Below are positions 22,777 to 32,498 of a stretch of DNA of 64,000 bases, in pieces (positions within the stretch are counted from its first letter, which is position 1; each line of letters opens with the position of its first letter). Origin of the DNA: Dehalococcoidia bacterium (GTDB taxonomy: Bacteria > Chloroflexota > Dehalococcoidia > DSTF01 > JACRBR01); assembly GCA_041494685.1 (NCBI GenBank), contig JBGQBE010000002.1, positions 124,001-188,000 on the forward strand, in the 5' to 3' direction. Below the pieces are notes generated by a model. The model had not been told where the DNA came from. It was given only the letters and a program-made list of their open reading frames with translations, and ran no database searches. The position numbers and the translations under genes were made by a program.

Positions 22777-23628
22777 ATGCAGGAACGCTCGGGCACCTTC
22801 CAGAACGCCGCCGGCCAGCGCCTCTTCGAGCAGCACTGGCTGCCCGACGCGACGCCCGCGGCCGACGTCGTCATCGTCCACGGCTACGCCGAGCATCTGG
22901 GCCGCTACCAGCACGTCGCCGCGTACCTGGTGCGGCGCGGCTACGCCGTCCACGCGCTGGACCTGCGCGGCCACGGCCGCAGCGAAGGCGAGCGCGTGCT
23001 CGTCCGTTCCTTCAACGAGCACCTCGACGACGTCGATCTCTTCCTGGCGCGCGTGCGCGGCGAGGCGGAGGGACGGCCGATCTTCGTGCTGGGCCACAGC
23101 GTGGGCGGCACGATCACCGCGCTCTCAACGCTCGTGCGGCTGCCGGACGTGCGGGGCGTCATGCTCAGCGGCGCGGGGATGACGATACGGCTGCGCGGCC
23201 TGGAGCGCGTGCTGCTCGAGGTGATGGTGCTCGTCGGACGCATCGTGCCCCGCTGGCGCGTGCGCGAGCTCGCCGCCACGGACGTCTCCCGCGACCCCGA
23301 AGTCGTCGCGCGCTATGACAGCGACCCGCTCGTCTACCGCGGCAAGATGCCCGCCGGCACGCTCAGCGCCATGGTGCGCGCGATCCGCCTCATCGACAAG
23401 CGCATGGAGGAGGAGCGGTACCCCGTGTTGATCATGCACGGCACCGAGGACGCGCTCACCAGCCCCAACGGCAGCCGCGCCCTGTACGAGCGCGCGTCAT
23501 CCGCCGACAAGACGCTGAAGATCTACGAGGGCCTCTACCACGAGATCCTCAACGAGCCCGAGCAGCTCACCGTCCTCGGCGACATCGCCGCCTGGCTCGA
23601 CGAACGCACCCACACCGCCCCGAAATAG
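22777..23628 (+). CDS. Lysophospholipase/monoglyceride lipase family alpha/beta hydrolase
   Basis: VHGYAEH, DLRGHGRS, GHSVGG, HGTED, YHEILNE. Confidence 0.9.
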   Translation: MQERSGTFQNAAGQRLFEQHWLPDATPAADVVIVHGYAEHLGRYQHVAAYLVRRGYAVHALDLRGHGRSEGERVLVRSFNEHLDDVDLFLARVRGEAEGRPIFVLGHSVGGTITALSTLVRLPDVRGVMLSGAGMTIRLRGLERVLLEVMVLVGRIVPRWRVRELAATDVSRDPEVVARYDSDPLVYRGKMPAGTLSAMVRAIRLIDKRMEEERYPVLIMHGTEDALTSPNGSRALYERASSADKTLKIYEGLYHEILNEPEQLTVLGDIAAWLDERTHTAPK

Positions 23629-23707
23629 CCGCGCCATCCCCCGCCACGCAGCGCAGCGGCGCTCCCGATGTGCGATGATACGCGCAGGCGGGATCATGGA
23701 GGTGCGC

Positions 23708-24376
23708 GTGAAGACGGTACTCATGACGATCCTGGCGTGCGCGGGCATCGCCCTCGCCGGGGTTGCCTGCGGCAGCAGCAAGAGCACCCCCACGCCCGCC
23801 CCGGCGCACTCCGCCACCGCCGTGCCCGCATCGCCACCCGCGGCCACGCCCGCTCCGGCCCACTCGGCCACCGCCGCCGCCGCATCGCCCGCCGCCACGC
23901 AGCCCGCCACCGCAGCACCCTGCCCCACCGCGACGTCCGCCACGCCGCCCGCGTCCATCCACTCCGTCGGCACGCCCTCGGCCAGCATGCCCGCGCTGAT
24001 GACCGGCGCGCGCACCGAGACCTCGGCCTGCGAAGACCGCGTCGTCTTCGAGTTCGCGCCCGGCGCGCTGCCCGGCTGGGACGCGCGCTACCTGCCGGGC
24101 GTGGTCGGTTGCGGCTCCGGAGCGCCGATCACGACGCAGGGCTCCGCGCAGCTCGCCATCTCGTTCACGCCGGTCGACGCGCACGACTCCGCGGGCAACG
24201 CCACCGTCGCGAACCGCGATCTGCTGCCCGGCTACCCCTCGCTGAAGGAGGCCGTCATCTCGTGCGACTTCGAGGCCGAGGTCGCGTGGGCGCTCGGCAC
24301 GGCCCAGCGCCCCTTCACCGTCACCGCGCAGCCGAACGCCGCGCCCCCGACGATCATCGTGACGATCGCGCACTGA
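23708..24376 (+). CDS. Secreted lipoprotein with a Pro/Ala/Thr linker and an AMIN-like domain
   Basis: Lipobox-like LAGVAC, low-complexity linker, DRVVFEF and CDFEAEVAWALG. Confidence 0.65.
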   Translation: MKTVLMTILACAGIALAGVACGSSKSTPTPAPAHSATAVPASPPAATPAPAHSATAAAASPAATQPATAAPCPTATSATPPASIHSVGTPSASMPALMTGARTETSACEDRVVFEFAPGALPGWDARYLPGVVGCGSGAPITTQGSAQLAISFTPVDAHDSAGNATVANRDLLPGYPSLKEAVISCDFEAEVAWALGTAQRPFTVTAQPNAAPPTIIVTIAH

Positions 24377-24464
24377 ACGCCCAGGTGTGACGCAGCCTGC
24401 GGAGGCGCCCGTCCCCGGCCGAAGCTAATTAGTGGAACCGGAGGATTGCCCGTCCGGGGAAGCG

Positions 24465-24493
24465 TTGATATATGCTTCCGGGAGCAACATTCT
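24465..24493 (+). promoter_or_regulatory. Sigma70 promoter for pepA with a palindromic operator in the spacer
   Basis: TTGATA-N17-CATTCT. The spacer contains near-palindrome TGCTTCCGGGAGCA. Confidence 0.5.
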
Positions 24494-24518
24494 TCATACG
24501 TCCGAGAGGATTCCCCGC

Positions 24519-26015
24519 ATGCAGATCCAGGCCGTCGCCGGCGATATTACCAAGACCGAAACACCCTGTGTCGTGGTCAACCTGTTCGAGGGCGTCACTG
24601 CCCCGGGCGGCGCCACCGGCGCCGTCGACCATGCGCTCGCCAGCATGATCAGCGAGTTGATCGACGCCGGCGACATCCGCGGCAAATGGGGCGAGATGAC
24701 GCTCGTCCACACCTTCGGCCGCATCCCGGCGCCGCGCGTGCTGGTCGCCGGCCTCGGTAAGAGCGGCGAGTTCACCGTGGACCGCGTGCGCGACCTCAGC
24801 GCCGCCGTCGCACGCTTCCTGCGCGGCAAGCGCATCGAGAGCTACGCGACGATCACGCACGGCGCGGGCATCGCCGGCCTCGACGCCGAAGCCTGCGCGC
24901 AGGCCGTCGCCGAGGGTACGGCGCTCGGGCTCTACCGCTTCGGCCGCCACCGCAAGCCCGAGGACGACGCCACCGACGTGCAGTCGGTGACGATCATCGA
25001 GAGCGACAGCAAGAAGGCGCAGGCGCTCCAGCGCGCCGCCGAGCGCGGCGTCATCGTCGCCGAAGCGGCGAACTTCGCGCGAGACCTGGCGAACGAGCCG
25101 GCGAACGTGCTCACCCCCACGGAGATGGCCACGCGGGCCGAGGCGATGGCGCGAGAGACCGGCCTGGGCTGTCACATCTACGACCGCGACTGGGCGGAGC
25201 AGATGGGGATGGGATCGTTCCTGGGCGTCGCCCGGGGCAGCGCCCAGCCGCCGAAATTCATCGTGCTGACCTACCAGGGCGCGGGCGAGGCGAAGCCGAT
25301 CGGCCTCGTCGGCAAGGGCATCACCTTCGACACCGGCGGCATCTCGATCAAGCCCGCCGCCGGCATGGAAGAGATGAAGGGCGATATGTCCGGCGGCGCC
25401 TGCGTCATCGCCGCGATGCAGGCGATCGCGAAGCTGAAGCCGCGCGTCAACGTCACCGCGCTCGTGCCCGCGACGGAGAACATGCCCGGCGGCAACGCCA
25501 CGAAGCCAGGCGACGTGCTGCGCGCGATGAACGGCCGCACGATCGAGGTGATCAACACCGACGCCGAGGGCCGCCTCATCCTGGCCGACGCGCTGGCCTA
25601 CGCCGTCAAGCTGGACCTGACGCCCGTCGTGGACGTCGCGACGCTGACCGGCGCGATGTCGTACGCGCTGGGCGACGTCGCGTACGGCGTCTTCACGCAG
25701 GACGACGCGCTGGCGGGACGCATCGACGCCGCCGCGTCCGCCGCGGGCGAGAAGTGCTGGCGCATGCCGATGTTCCCCGAGTACAAGGAGCTGATCAAGA
25801 GCAACGTCGCCGACATCAAGAACAGCACCGGCCCCAAGGCCGGCTCGATCTGCGCCGCCTTCTTCCTGCGCGAGTTCGTGGACGACCGCCCCTGGGCGCA
25901 CCTGGACATCGCCGGCGTGGACTTCTACGACAAGGAGAAGGGCGTGCTGGTGAAGGGCTCCAGCGGCATCCCCGTCCGCACGCTGGTCAACCTGGTGCTC
26001 GCCGCCGCGGGATAG
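24519..26015 (+). CDS. pepA: Leucyl aminopeptidase (M17)
   Basis: GKGITFDTGG, MKGDMSG, NTDAEGRL, HLDIAG. Confidence 0.96.
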   Translation: MQIQAVAGDITKTETPCVVVNLFEGVTAPGGATGAVDHALASMISELIDAGDIRGKWGEMTLVHTFGRIPAPRVLVAGLGKSGEFTVDRVRDLSAAVARFLRGKRIESYATITHGAGIAGLDAEACAQAVAEGTALGLYRFGRHRKPEDDATDVQSVTIIESDSKKAQALQRAAERGVIVAEAANFARDLANEPANVLTPTEMATRAEAMARETGLGCHIYDRDWAEQMGMGSFLGVARGSAQPPKFIVLTYQGAGEAKPIGLVGKGITFDTGGISIKPAAGMEEMKGDMSGGACVIAAMQAIAKLKPRVNVTALVPATENMPGGNATKPGDVLRAMNGRTIEVINTDAEGRLILADALAYAVKLDLTPVVDVATLTGAMSYALGDVAYGVFTQDDALAGRIDAAASAAGEKCWRMPMFPEYKELIKSNVADIKNSTGPKAGSICAAFFLREFVDDRPWAHLDIAGVDFYDKEKGVLVKGSSGIPVRTLVNLVLAAAG

Positions 26016-26018
26016 CCG

Positions 26019-27272
26019 TCACGCCGGCGCATCCGCGAAGTCCAGCGCCAGCACCGTCGCGTTGGCGTCCAGCTCGCCCTCCGGCACGACGATCGTGATC
26101 TCGCCCAGCGGGTCCGGGTTGAACATGCGGTCGATGATCGTCGTGCGCGCGGACCACTTCAGCTCGTTACCGGACGCCATCACGCGCGCCGAGCGCAGGC
26201 GCTTCACACGCACGCCGCGCACCGTCACCGTCGCGTACGGACGCATCAGCAGGTGCAGGTACACCGTGTCGCCGCGGCGCGTCGTCGGCCCGTAGAACTG
26301 CCACGGCTCCAGCGCCGGCGCCGTCCCCACGATGCTCTCCGCGTGCTTCGACATCCACTCCTCAACCACCGCCAGCCGCTCGGTCAGCTCCGGCTGCAGG
26401 CGGCCGTCGCCCATGGGGCTGACGTTGAGCAGCAGGTTGCCGCCGCGCGCCGCGACCTCGCACAGCGTGTGGATGAGCTGGCGCGCGGGCTTGAAGTGCC
26501 GGTCCTTGGGGTTGTAGCCCCAGCTCTCGTTGATCGTCATGCACGTCTCCCACGGGCGCGCGGGCGCCTGCGCGGGGACGAACTGCTCCGGCGTCTCGTA
26601 GTCGCCGACGCCCGGCAGCCGGTCGTTGATCATGATCTCCGGCTGCAGCTCGCGAATCATCTGCTCCAGCTCTTTCGACTTCCACTGGTCGATGCGCCGC
26701 TCCCAACCGCCGTCGAACCAGAGGACGTCGATCGCGCCGTAGTTCGTCAGTAGCTCGCGCACCTGCGCGAACATCGCGTCGACGAAGCGCGGCCAGCGCT
26801 CCGGGTCGGCCGGGGGCCACTTCCCCCAGACGTACGGTTGATCCTCCTGCCGGAACGGCGGGTAGTCCGGGTGATGCCAGTCGATCAGCGAGAAGTAGAA
26901 GCCGACGCGGATCCCCTGCTCGCGCATCGCGTCCACGTATTGGCGGACGATGTCGCGCCCGTAGGGCGAGTGCATCACACCGTAGTCCGACTGCTTCGTG
27001 TCGAACATCGCGTAGCCGTCGTGGTGCTTCGTGGTGAGGACGGCGTACTGCATGCCCAGCCGCTTCGCCATCTGCGCCCATGCGCGCGGGTCGTACTGCG
27101 CCGGGTTGAAGCTCGCCGCCGTCGAGTGGTACTGCTCGACCGTCACCGGCGCCAGCTCCGCCTCGGTCGCCTGGTTGCCGGTCAGCGGCCACGACAGCTC
27201 AATTCCCTGCTGCGAGCTGTGCCCCCAGTGCACGAACATCCCGAACCGCGCCGTGTCGAACCACATTGCCAT
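26019..27272 (-). CDS. Alpha-L-fucosidase (GH29)
   Basis: FGMFVHWG, TTKHHDGY, LWFDGGW, WETCMT, GGNLLLN. Confidence 0.93.
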   Translation of the reverse strand: MAMWFDTARFGMFVHWGHSSQQGIELSWPLTGNQATEAELAPVTVEQYHSTAASFNPAQYDPRAWAQMAKRLGMQYAVLTTKHHDGYAMFDTKQSDYGVMHSPYGRDIVRQYVDAMREQGIRVGFYFSLIDWHHPDYPPFRQEDQPYVWGKWPPADPERWPRFVDAMFAQVRELLTNYGAIDVLWFDGGWERRIDQWKSKELEQMIRELQPEIMINDRLPGVGDYETPEQFVPAQAPARPWETCMTINESWGYNPKDRHFKPARQLIHTLCEVAARGGNLLLNVSPMGDGRLQPELTERLAVVEEWMSKHAESIVGTAPALEPWQFYGPTTRRGDTVYLHLLMRPYATVTVRGVRVKRLRSARVMASGNELKWSARTTIIDRMFNPDPLGEITIVVPEGELDANATVLALDFADAPA

Positions 27273-27424
27273 CTGCGAACCTCATTCTCCCTGCCGTCCC
27301 GCGCCGAACGGCGCACCGCCGCTGCTGCCGACATAGTCGCAGGTCAGGCGGGCGCGGCCAACGCGGCCGGCCGTAGCGGGGCGGTCGGAGGCCGGAACTC
27401 GTGAGTCGGGCCGCCGACACCATC

Positions 27425-27465
27425 TCCAATCCCGACCTCCGACTTCCGACCTCCAACCTCCAGCC
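27425..27465. repeat. Short tandem heptamer repeat
   Basis: CTCCAAT CCCGAC CTCCGAC TTCCGAC CTCCAAC CTCCAGC. Confidence 0.6.
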
Positions 27466-27528
27466 GCCCAAAACTACGGGTGTTCCCTGATACACGCGGG
27501 ATCCCCGTCTGCGTAGGATGTCCTCGTC

Positions 27529-28020
27529 ATGAGCAATTGGGGATTCCTGCACCGCTGGTACATGCCGTTCGTCTGGCTCACCGTCACCTCGCTCTGGACG
27601 GTGCCGCTGGCGATCTACTTCCAACACGGCGTCCAGACTCACACCGGCGCGGAGTTGGGCCTCGGCTTCGGCTCCAGCTGGATGAAGCGCGACGACCTGC
27701 TCGAATCCATCGTCCCGTACCTGCTGAACCTGGGCTGTGTCATATGGCTGTTCAACGAGGACGGTAGCACGCGTTGGGCGGCATTCTGGTCGCTGATGCT
27801 CGCGATCGCGCGCGTCGCCACGCCGATCGTGCTCACCAGCACGTCGCAGGTCACGCTGGCCGGCGGGCAACACTACCTCGACTGGCACACGCTGCGCATG
27901 GTGCTCTGGTTCCAGGACGCGCAGATGCTCATCGCCGGCGTGATGCTCTGGATGGCGTTCGGGCACTTCGTCGGCCAGAGCGGCTCCGCCGTCTCGCACG
28001 CCGCCCACGCCGAGGCGTAG
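27529..28020 (+). CDS. Hypothetical integral membrane protein (about 4 TM)
   Basis: Hydrophobic Trp-rich segments and GC3-biased codons. Confidence 0.75.
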   Translation: MSNWGFLHRWYMPFVWLTVTSLWTVPLAIYFQHGVQTHTGAELGLGFGSSWMKRDDLLESIVPYLLNLGCVIWLFNEDGSTRWAAFWSLMLAIARVATPIVLTSTSQVTLAGGQHYLDWHTLRMVLWFQDAQMLIAGVMLWMAFGHFVGQSGSAVSHAAHAEA

Positions 28021-28049
28021 CTCCCGCCCCGCAGACAGCGTCGTCTCCC

Positions 28050-28088
28050 GCCGCCGTCCTCCATCCATCCCGCCTGGAGGACGGCGGC
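28050..28088 (+). terminator. 14-bp stem hairpin downstream of the membrane protein gene
   Basis: GCCGCCGTCCTCCA-N11-TGGAGGACGGCGGC, with no clear U-tract. Confidence 0.5.
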
Positions 28089-28118
28089 ACGGTTCTCGTC
28101 TCCGCCGCATGTCTCGGA

Positions 28119-28148
28119 TTGACAGCGCCGCCCGCCGCGGCCTACGGT
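28119..28148 (+). promoter_or_regulatory. Sigma70 promoter
   Basis: TTGACA-N18-TACGGT upstream of ATG 28196. Confidence 0.55.
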
Positions 28149-28195
28149 TCACGGTGCGTCCGGCGTCGCGGGCGGCTTTTTGGGGGACACTCCAC

Positions 28196-28810
28196 ATGAC
28201 CGACATCTTCCACGACGGCAACCGCGAGCTGCAGGACCGCTTCGATACGCGACGGCTCGCCGACCGCGTCAGCGACATCGTCCACGACGTCATCAGCGAC
28301 GGCGACCGCGCCTTCATCGAGCAGCGCGACATGTTCTTCCTGGCGACCGTGGACGCGCAGGGGCACGCCAACTGCTCGTACAAGGGCGGCGAGCCCGGCT
28401 TCGTGCGCGTGGTCGACGAGCACACCATCGCCTTCCCCAACTACGACGGCAACGGCATGTACCTCTCGCTGGGCAACGTGCTGCGGACGCGGCAGGTCGG
28501 CATGCTCTTCATCGACTTCGAGAACCAGTGGCGCATGCGGCTCAACGGCGAGGCGACGATCGACGACGCCGACCCGCTGCTGGCGGAGTACCCGGAGGCG
28601 CAGTTCATCGTCCGCGTCAGGCCGCGCGAGATCTTCGCCAACTGCCCGCGCTACATCCACCAGTACAAGCTCGTCAAGCGCTCGAAGTTCGTCCCGAAGG
28701 GCGAGTGCCAGACCCCCGTGCCCGCGTGGAAGAAGAGCGGCTGGGTCGACGACGTCCTCCCCGCGCACGACATCGCCCGCGAGGACGCGCGCGAAGTGCT
28801 GGACCGGTGA
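28196..28810 (+). CDS. Pyridoxamine 5'-phosphate oxidase family FMN-binding protein
   Basis: CSYKGGEPGFV, FPNYDGNGMYLSLGN, NCPRYIH. Confidence 0.9.
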   Translation: MTDIFHDGNRELQDRFDTRRLADRVSDIVHDVISDGDRAFIEQRDMFFLATVDAQGHANCSYKGGEPGFVRVVDEHTIAFPNYDGNGMYLSLGNVLRTRQVGMLFIDFENQWRMRLNGEATIDDADPLLAEYPEAQFIVRVRPREIFANCPRYIHQYKLVKRSKFVPKGECQTPVPAWKKSGWVDDVLPAHDIAREDAREVLDR

Positions 28811-28819
28811 AGGGGCCGG

Positions 28820-28855
28820 AACAGACAACAGACAGCAGACAACAGATGGCTGACG
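28820..28855. repeat. Short tandem heptamer repeat (CAACAGA)n
   Basis: AACAGA CAACAGA CAGCAGA CAACAGA. Confidence 0.6.
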
Positions 28856-28898
28856 CGGCGTGAGAGCAAGCAGCACAGCAAGGTGCACCTCCAGCAAC

Positions 28899-29822
28899 GT
28901 GCCGGCGGCGACCATTGCCTCGATCCGCGAGATTCGGCGCGCGCTGCTCGCATGGCACCGCCGCGCCGGCATGAGCGCGCCCTGGCGCGACTCCGGCGAC
29001 CCTTACCACGCGCTCGTCGCCGCCGTCATGGCGCAGCAGACGCAGATGAGCCGCGTCATGCTGTGCTACGAACGCTTCGTCGCCGCCTACCCCACCGTCG
29101 ACGCGCTGGCCGCCGCCACGCGCGGCGATGTCATCCGCACCTGGGCCGGCATGGGCTACAACCAGCGCGCCGTCCGCCTGCACAACGCCGCGCGCACCAT
29201 CGCCGTGCACGGCTGGCCGCGCGCCGCCGAGGCGCTGGCACGCATCGACGGCATCGGCCCCTTCACCGCCGCCATCGTCGCGTCGTTCGCCTTCGCCGCG
29301 CCCGCCGCCTGCGTCGACACGAACGTCCGCCGCGTGCTCGGCCGCCTCGCCGGCGACGAGACCATCGACGGCCGCCGTCTGCAGGCGCTCGCCGACGAGG
29401 CGCTCGCCCGCCGCTCGCCGGCGCGCTGGAACCAGGCGCTCATGGACTACGGCGCGCGCGTCTGCGTGCCGCGCCCCCGCTGCGGCGAGTGCGTCCTCGC
29501 GGCATGGTGCCCCGCCCGCGACCGCTATGCCGCCCCAACGCAACTCGCCGCCGCGGAAGATCGCGCCCGCTACGTCGCCACGCCGCGCCGCACGAAACCC
29601 GAAGCGCCCTTCGAGGGCTCGCCGCGCTACTTCCGGGGCCGCATCGTCGACGTGCTGCGCGGTCTCCCGCCCGGCGCATCCGTGCCGCTGCGCCGCCTGC
29701 CCGCGCTGATCGCCAACGGCCACCCCGCGCCCGACGCCGCCGCCACGCGCGCGCTGGTCGCTGCCCTCGAACGCGCCGGCCTCGCAGTCGTGCGCGGGAG
29801 TACCGTGTCGCTGCCGGAGTAG
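28899..29822 (+). CDS. mutY: MutY-like HhH-GPD DNA glycosylase with a [4Fe-4S] motif; catalytic Glu position altered
   Basis: MAQQTQ, WAGMGY, GIGPFTA (HhH), VDTNVRRV, CVPRPRCGECVLAAWC. Start codon uncertain. Confidence 0.8.
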   Translation: MPAATIASIREIRRALLAWHRRAGMSAPWRDSGDPYHALVAAVMAQQTQMSRVMLCYERFVAAYPTVDALAAATRGDVIRTWAGMGYNQRAVRLHNAARTIAVHGWPRAAEALARIDGIGPFTAAIVASFAFAAPAACVDTNVRRVLGRLAGDETIDGRRLQALADEALARRSPARWNQALMDYGARVCVPRPRCGECVLAAWCPARDRYAAPTQLAAAEDRARYVATPRRTKPEAPFEGSPRYFRGRIVDVLRGLPPGASVPLRRLPALIANGHPAPDAAATRALVAALERAGLAVVRGSTVSLPE

Positions 29823-29976
29823 CGCCGGTTTGCGGCGCTGGCGCTCGGAGAGAGCACATGAGATGAGCGGGAAGAGAGTCAGGATTCCCATCGCGGCGCG
29901 ACAAACCCTGTCGCCATGCCCCGCGACAATACGACGGGATGACGCAGATGCGTCGTCCGGGAAGCAGGAGAAGAAG

Positions 29977-30714
29977 ATGACCACGGACCTTGAGGTGATC
30001 GGCGCCGCATCCGTCGCGCTCCGCGGATCGACAAACATCGTGATGATCCTGGACCGCTCGGGCAGCATGGCCGGTAAGGAGTCCGACGTCATCGGCGGGT
30101 TCAACAGCTTCATCTCGAGCTGCCGCGACGCCAACCTCGCAAACTGCTCCGTGACCTACGTCCGCTTCGACATGGAGGTCGAGCGTGTGTTCACGGAAGA
30201 GCTGGCGGACGTGCCGGAGCTCACCGGGCTGTTCTACCAGCCGCGCGGGAACACGGCGCTGCTCGATGCGGTCGGCCAATCCGTCAGCTCCGTGACCAGC
30301 GAGCCTGACAACCGGTACATCGTGGTCACGTTCACCGACGGCCACGAGAACGCGTCGCGCGAGTGGACCAAGGAGAAGGTCTCGGGGCTGCTCCGCGAGC
30401 GCGAGACGCTCGGGAACTGGACGTTCGCGTTCTTCGGCGCGGACATCGACGCGTGGGCGGAGGCGGGTGACATGGGTTTCGGCGCCGGTAACGCGGCGTC
30501 GCACGCCAGCGGTGCCACGCACGACATGATGGCGGCCTCGGGGCGAGTGGCGTCCGTGCTGGCGCGCGGATACCTGGCGCGCAGCGTACATTACGCGGAG
30601 GCGGTGGAATCGGTCGCGCACGACCCCGGCGTGTCAGACGAAGAGATCGAGCGCACGCTGGCGGGCGAGGGGCACGGCGGGCACGTGCGTGACGGACAGG
30701 CGGGCAGCCGCTGA
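29977..30714 (+). CDS. Stand-alone von Willebrand factor A (vWA) domain protein
   Basis: MIDAS motif ILDRSGSM, PRGNTALLDAVG, TDGHENAS. RBS AGGAG. Confidence 0.88.
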   Translation: MTTDLEVIGAASVALRGSTNIVMILDRSGSMAGKESDVIGGFNSFISSCRDANLANCSVTYVRFDMEVERVFTEELADVPELTGLFYQPRGNTALLDAVGQSVSSVTSEPDNRYIVVTFTDGHENASREWTKEKVSGLLRERETLGNWTFAFFGADIDAWAEAGDMGFGAGNAASHASGATHDMMAASGRVASVLARGYLARSVHYAEAVESVAHDPGVSDEEIERTLAGEGHGGHVRDGQAGSR

Positions 30715-30980
30715 TGGAGATCGATGAGTGGGACGGGAACTTCGTATCGGCGAGCGCGAGCATGCGGTTCCAGGGGCGTAGCCGCCTGCGCGAGTTGGTA
30801 ACGACGCATGAGCACCCGGACATAGCGCAGGTTGGCGGCACACCCAGCGGGCTGGTGCATTTCAAGGACGATGTTGACCGTGTTTGGGCCGACATCACAG
30901 CGGAGCGCCAGCAGCTTCACCCGGAGTGGCCGGCGCTGGAGCGGCCGGCTCCCGATTCTACGATGCCGCAGGCGGAGTAG
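30714..30980 (+). CDS. Hypothetical protein coupled to the vWA gene
   Basis: TGATG stop/start overlap, 88 aa. Confidence 0.55.
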   Translation: MEIDEWDGNFVSASASMRFQGRSRLRELVTTHEHPDIAQVGGTPSGLVHFKDDVDRVWADITAERQQLHPEWPALERPAPDSTMPQAE

Positions 30981-31107
30981 TCTCTCGTCAGAGGAGGCAG
31001 CCGAGGCGGAGAACTACCGCCCCCGTCTCGAAGGGCGCGCGCCGGGGCTCCGCGCCTCGGCGGATGCGGCACGCGCAGCGCCGTGCGCCTCGACCAGTGC
31101 TGACCGG

Positions 31108-32187
31108 TCAGCGCGGGGCGACGAGCTTACCCAGCCGCGCCTGCCATGAGCCGCGATGAATGAGCCGCGAAGCGCCCGCCCGCAAGGCTTCCGCCTTCGA
31201 GAGACGTAGGATGGAGCGCCAGTCGCCTCGCTCGTCCACGGCCACGTAGTACAGGGCATTGCCCTCGTCGATGCAGTCTGCCACGGCAATGCGCGGGAAC
31301 AGCGCCACGTAATACACGACACTTCCCAAGTGAGAGCCGGCGTACCAGCCGTCGGGGCCGAGAGAATCGATGAACCGGAAGCGATCCGGAGCCATGCGCC
31401 GCGGCGGCGATCCTCGCGGAGCCGGCATCGATAGCCCGTGCGGGTGGTTCGCGCGGCGCGTCTCCCACCAACGCTGCGGCAGGATCGTCCAGTCCAACTG
31501 CTGGGTCCCCGGGGCGATGGAGTCGCGCTCCATCAAGTCACTCTTGTCGACGACGCGAAGGCCTTCGGGCGGCAACTGGCCCCCGCCCAAGGACTTACCC
31601 AAGTTGTCCCACGCAAAACCTGCCGGCGTAGTAGGAAGCGCGATCTCAAGGTAGCCGTGGCGATTGCGGACCCCGAGGACGGACTGCGGGGGGCCGACGA
31701 AGGTGCGTTGGTCGTGGCCTGCCCTGAACATCTCGTAGGTGCGCTCTCCGCGCCGGATCAGGAATTGCCCGCGGGTGGTCGAAAAGACGCGTACCCCTTC
31801 GAATGAGATGCGCTTCGCGGCAGGCGGGCGGGGCCCTTTCCGCTTCGCGGGACGAGCGGGCCGCTGCCCGGTCGTTCGCTTGGCCGGCGGGCGGGACGCG
31901 ATGGGTGGCACCGGTTGCGGCTCGGTCCGCACGCGGCCAGACGTCCATCTCGTCATCGCGCCCGGGCGCATTGACGCATCACGCGCGGCCTGCAGCCTGA
32001 CCCGCTGTATCACAACATCCGGCTGCGTCCCGTTGGGCGCGGACAGGCTCGGACGGTCAGCCCGAAGAACGCGCCTCTCGTGTCGCGCAATCTTCGCCGA
32101 GATGGCATCCTTAAGCTCCTGCTGCGCCCGCGCGCGAGCCTCGCGTTCAGGATCCCGCCCGAAGGGATGTTTCTTGCGCTTCACCAT
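31108..32187 (-). CDS. Hypothetical protein with a basic disordered N-terminus and a C-terminal GNALY...HxGxW domain
   Basis: 359-aa ORF with RBS AGGAG and codon usage that differs from the flanking genes. Confidence 0.65.
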   Translation of the reverse strand: MVKRKKHPFGRDPEREARARAQQELKDAISAKIARHERRVLRADRPSLSAPNGTQPDVVIQRVRLQAARDASMRPGAMTRWTSGRVRTEPQPVPPIASRPPAKRTTGQRPARPAKRKGPRPPAAKRISFEGVRVFSTTRGQFLIRRGERTYEMFRAGHDQRTFVGPPQSVLGVRNRHGYLEIALPTTPAGFAWDNLGKSLGGGQLPPEGLRVVDKSDLMERDSIAPGTQQLDWTILPQRWWETRRANHPHGLSMPAPRGSPPRRMAPDRFRFIDSLGPDGWYAGSHLGSVVYYVALFPRIAVADCIDEGNALYYVAVDERGDWRSILRLSKAEALRAGASRLIHRGSWQARLGKLVAPR

Positions 32188-32253
32188 GAAGTCTCCTCGC
32201 CACGCGGAGCATGTTCCATCACAGTCCTGCGGTCAAGCGCTCAAGCGGCCGCT

Positions 32254-32498
32254 CCCGCTATACTTCCCGCCCCGCCCGATCCACGCTGTCCCGCACAGGA
32301 GGTGCACACCATAACCAACACATCATCGGCCGCGCGTGGCGCGGTGCTCATCAGCTGCGCGTCCAGATGGACTTCCAGGTCTTCGCCGGCTTCCACAAGG
32401 ACAGCGACGCCAAGCGCGTGCGCGCCAAGGCCTCACCGCGCCTCACCCCATCCGCATCCGCATCGACGTCACCGACGCCGCCACCATCGCCGCCGCGC
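32254..32498 (+). pseudogene. Degenerate duplicate of the promoter and 5' end of the downstream SDR gene
   Basis: Aligns by eye to 32843-33121. ATG has become ATA, with internal indels. Confidence 0.85.

Noticed and set aside
27425..28855. CRISPR array suggested by the short repeats
   Set aside because: The units are 7-bp tandem repeats without spacers, and no cas genes are present.
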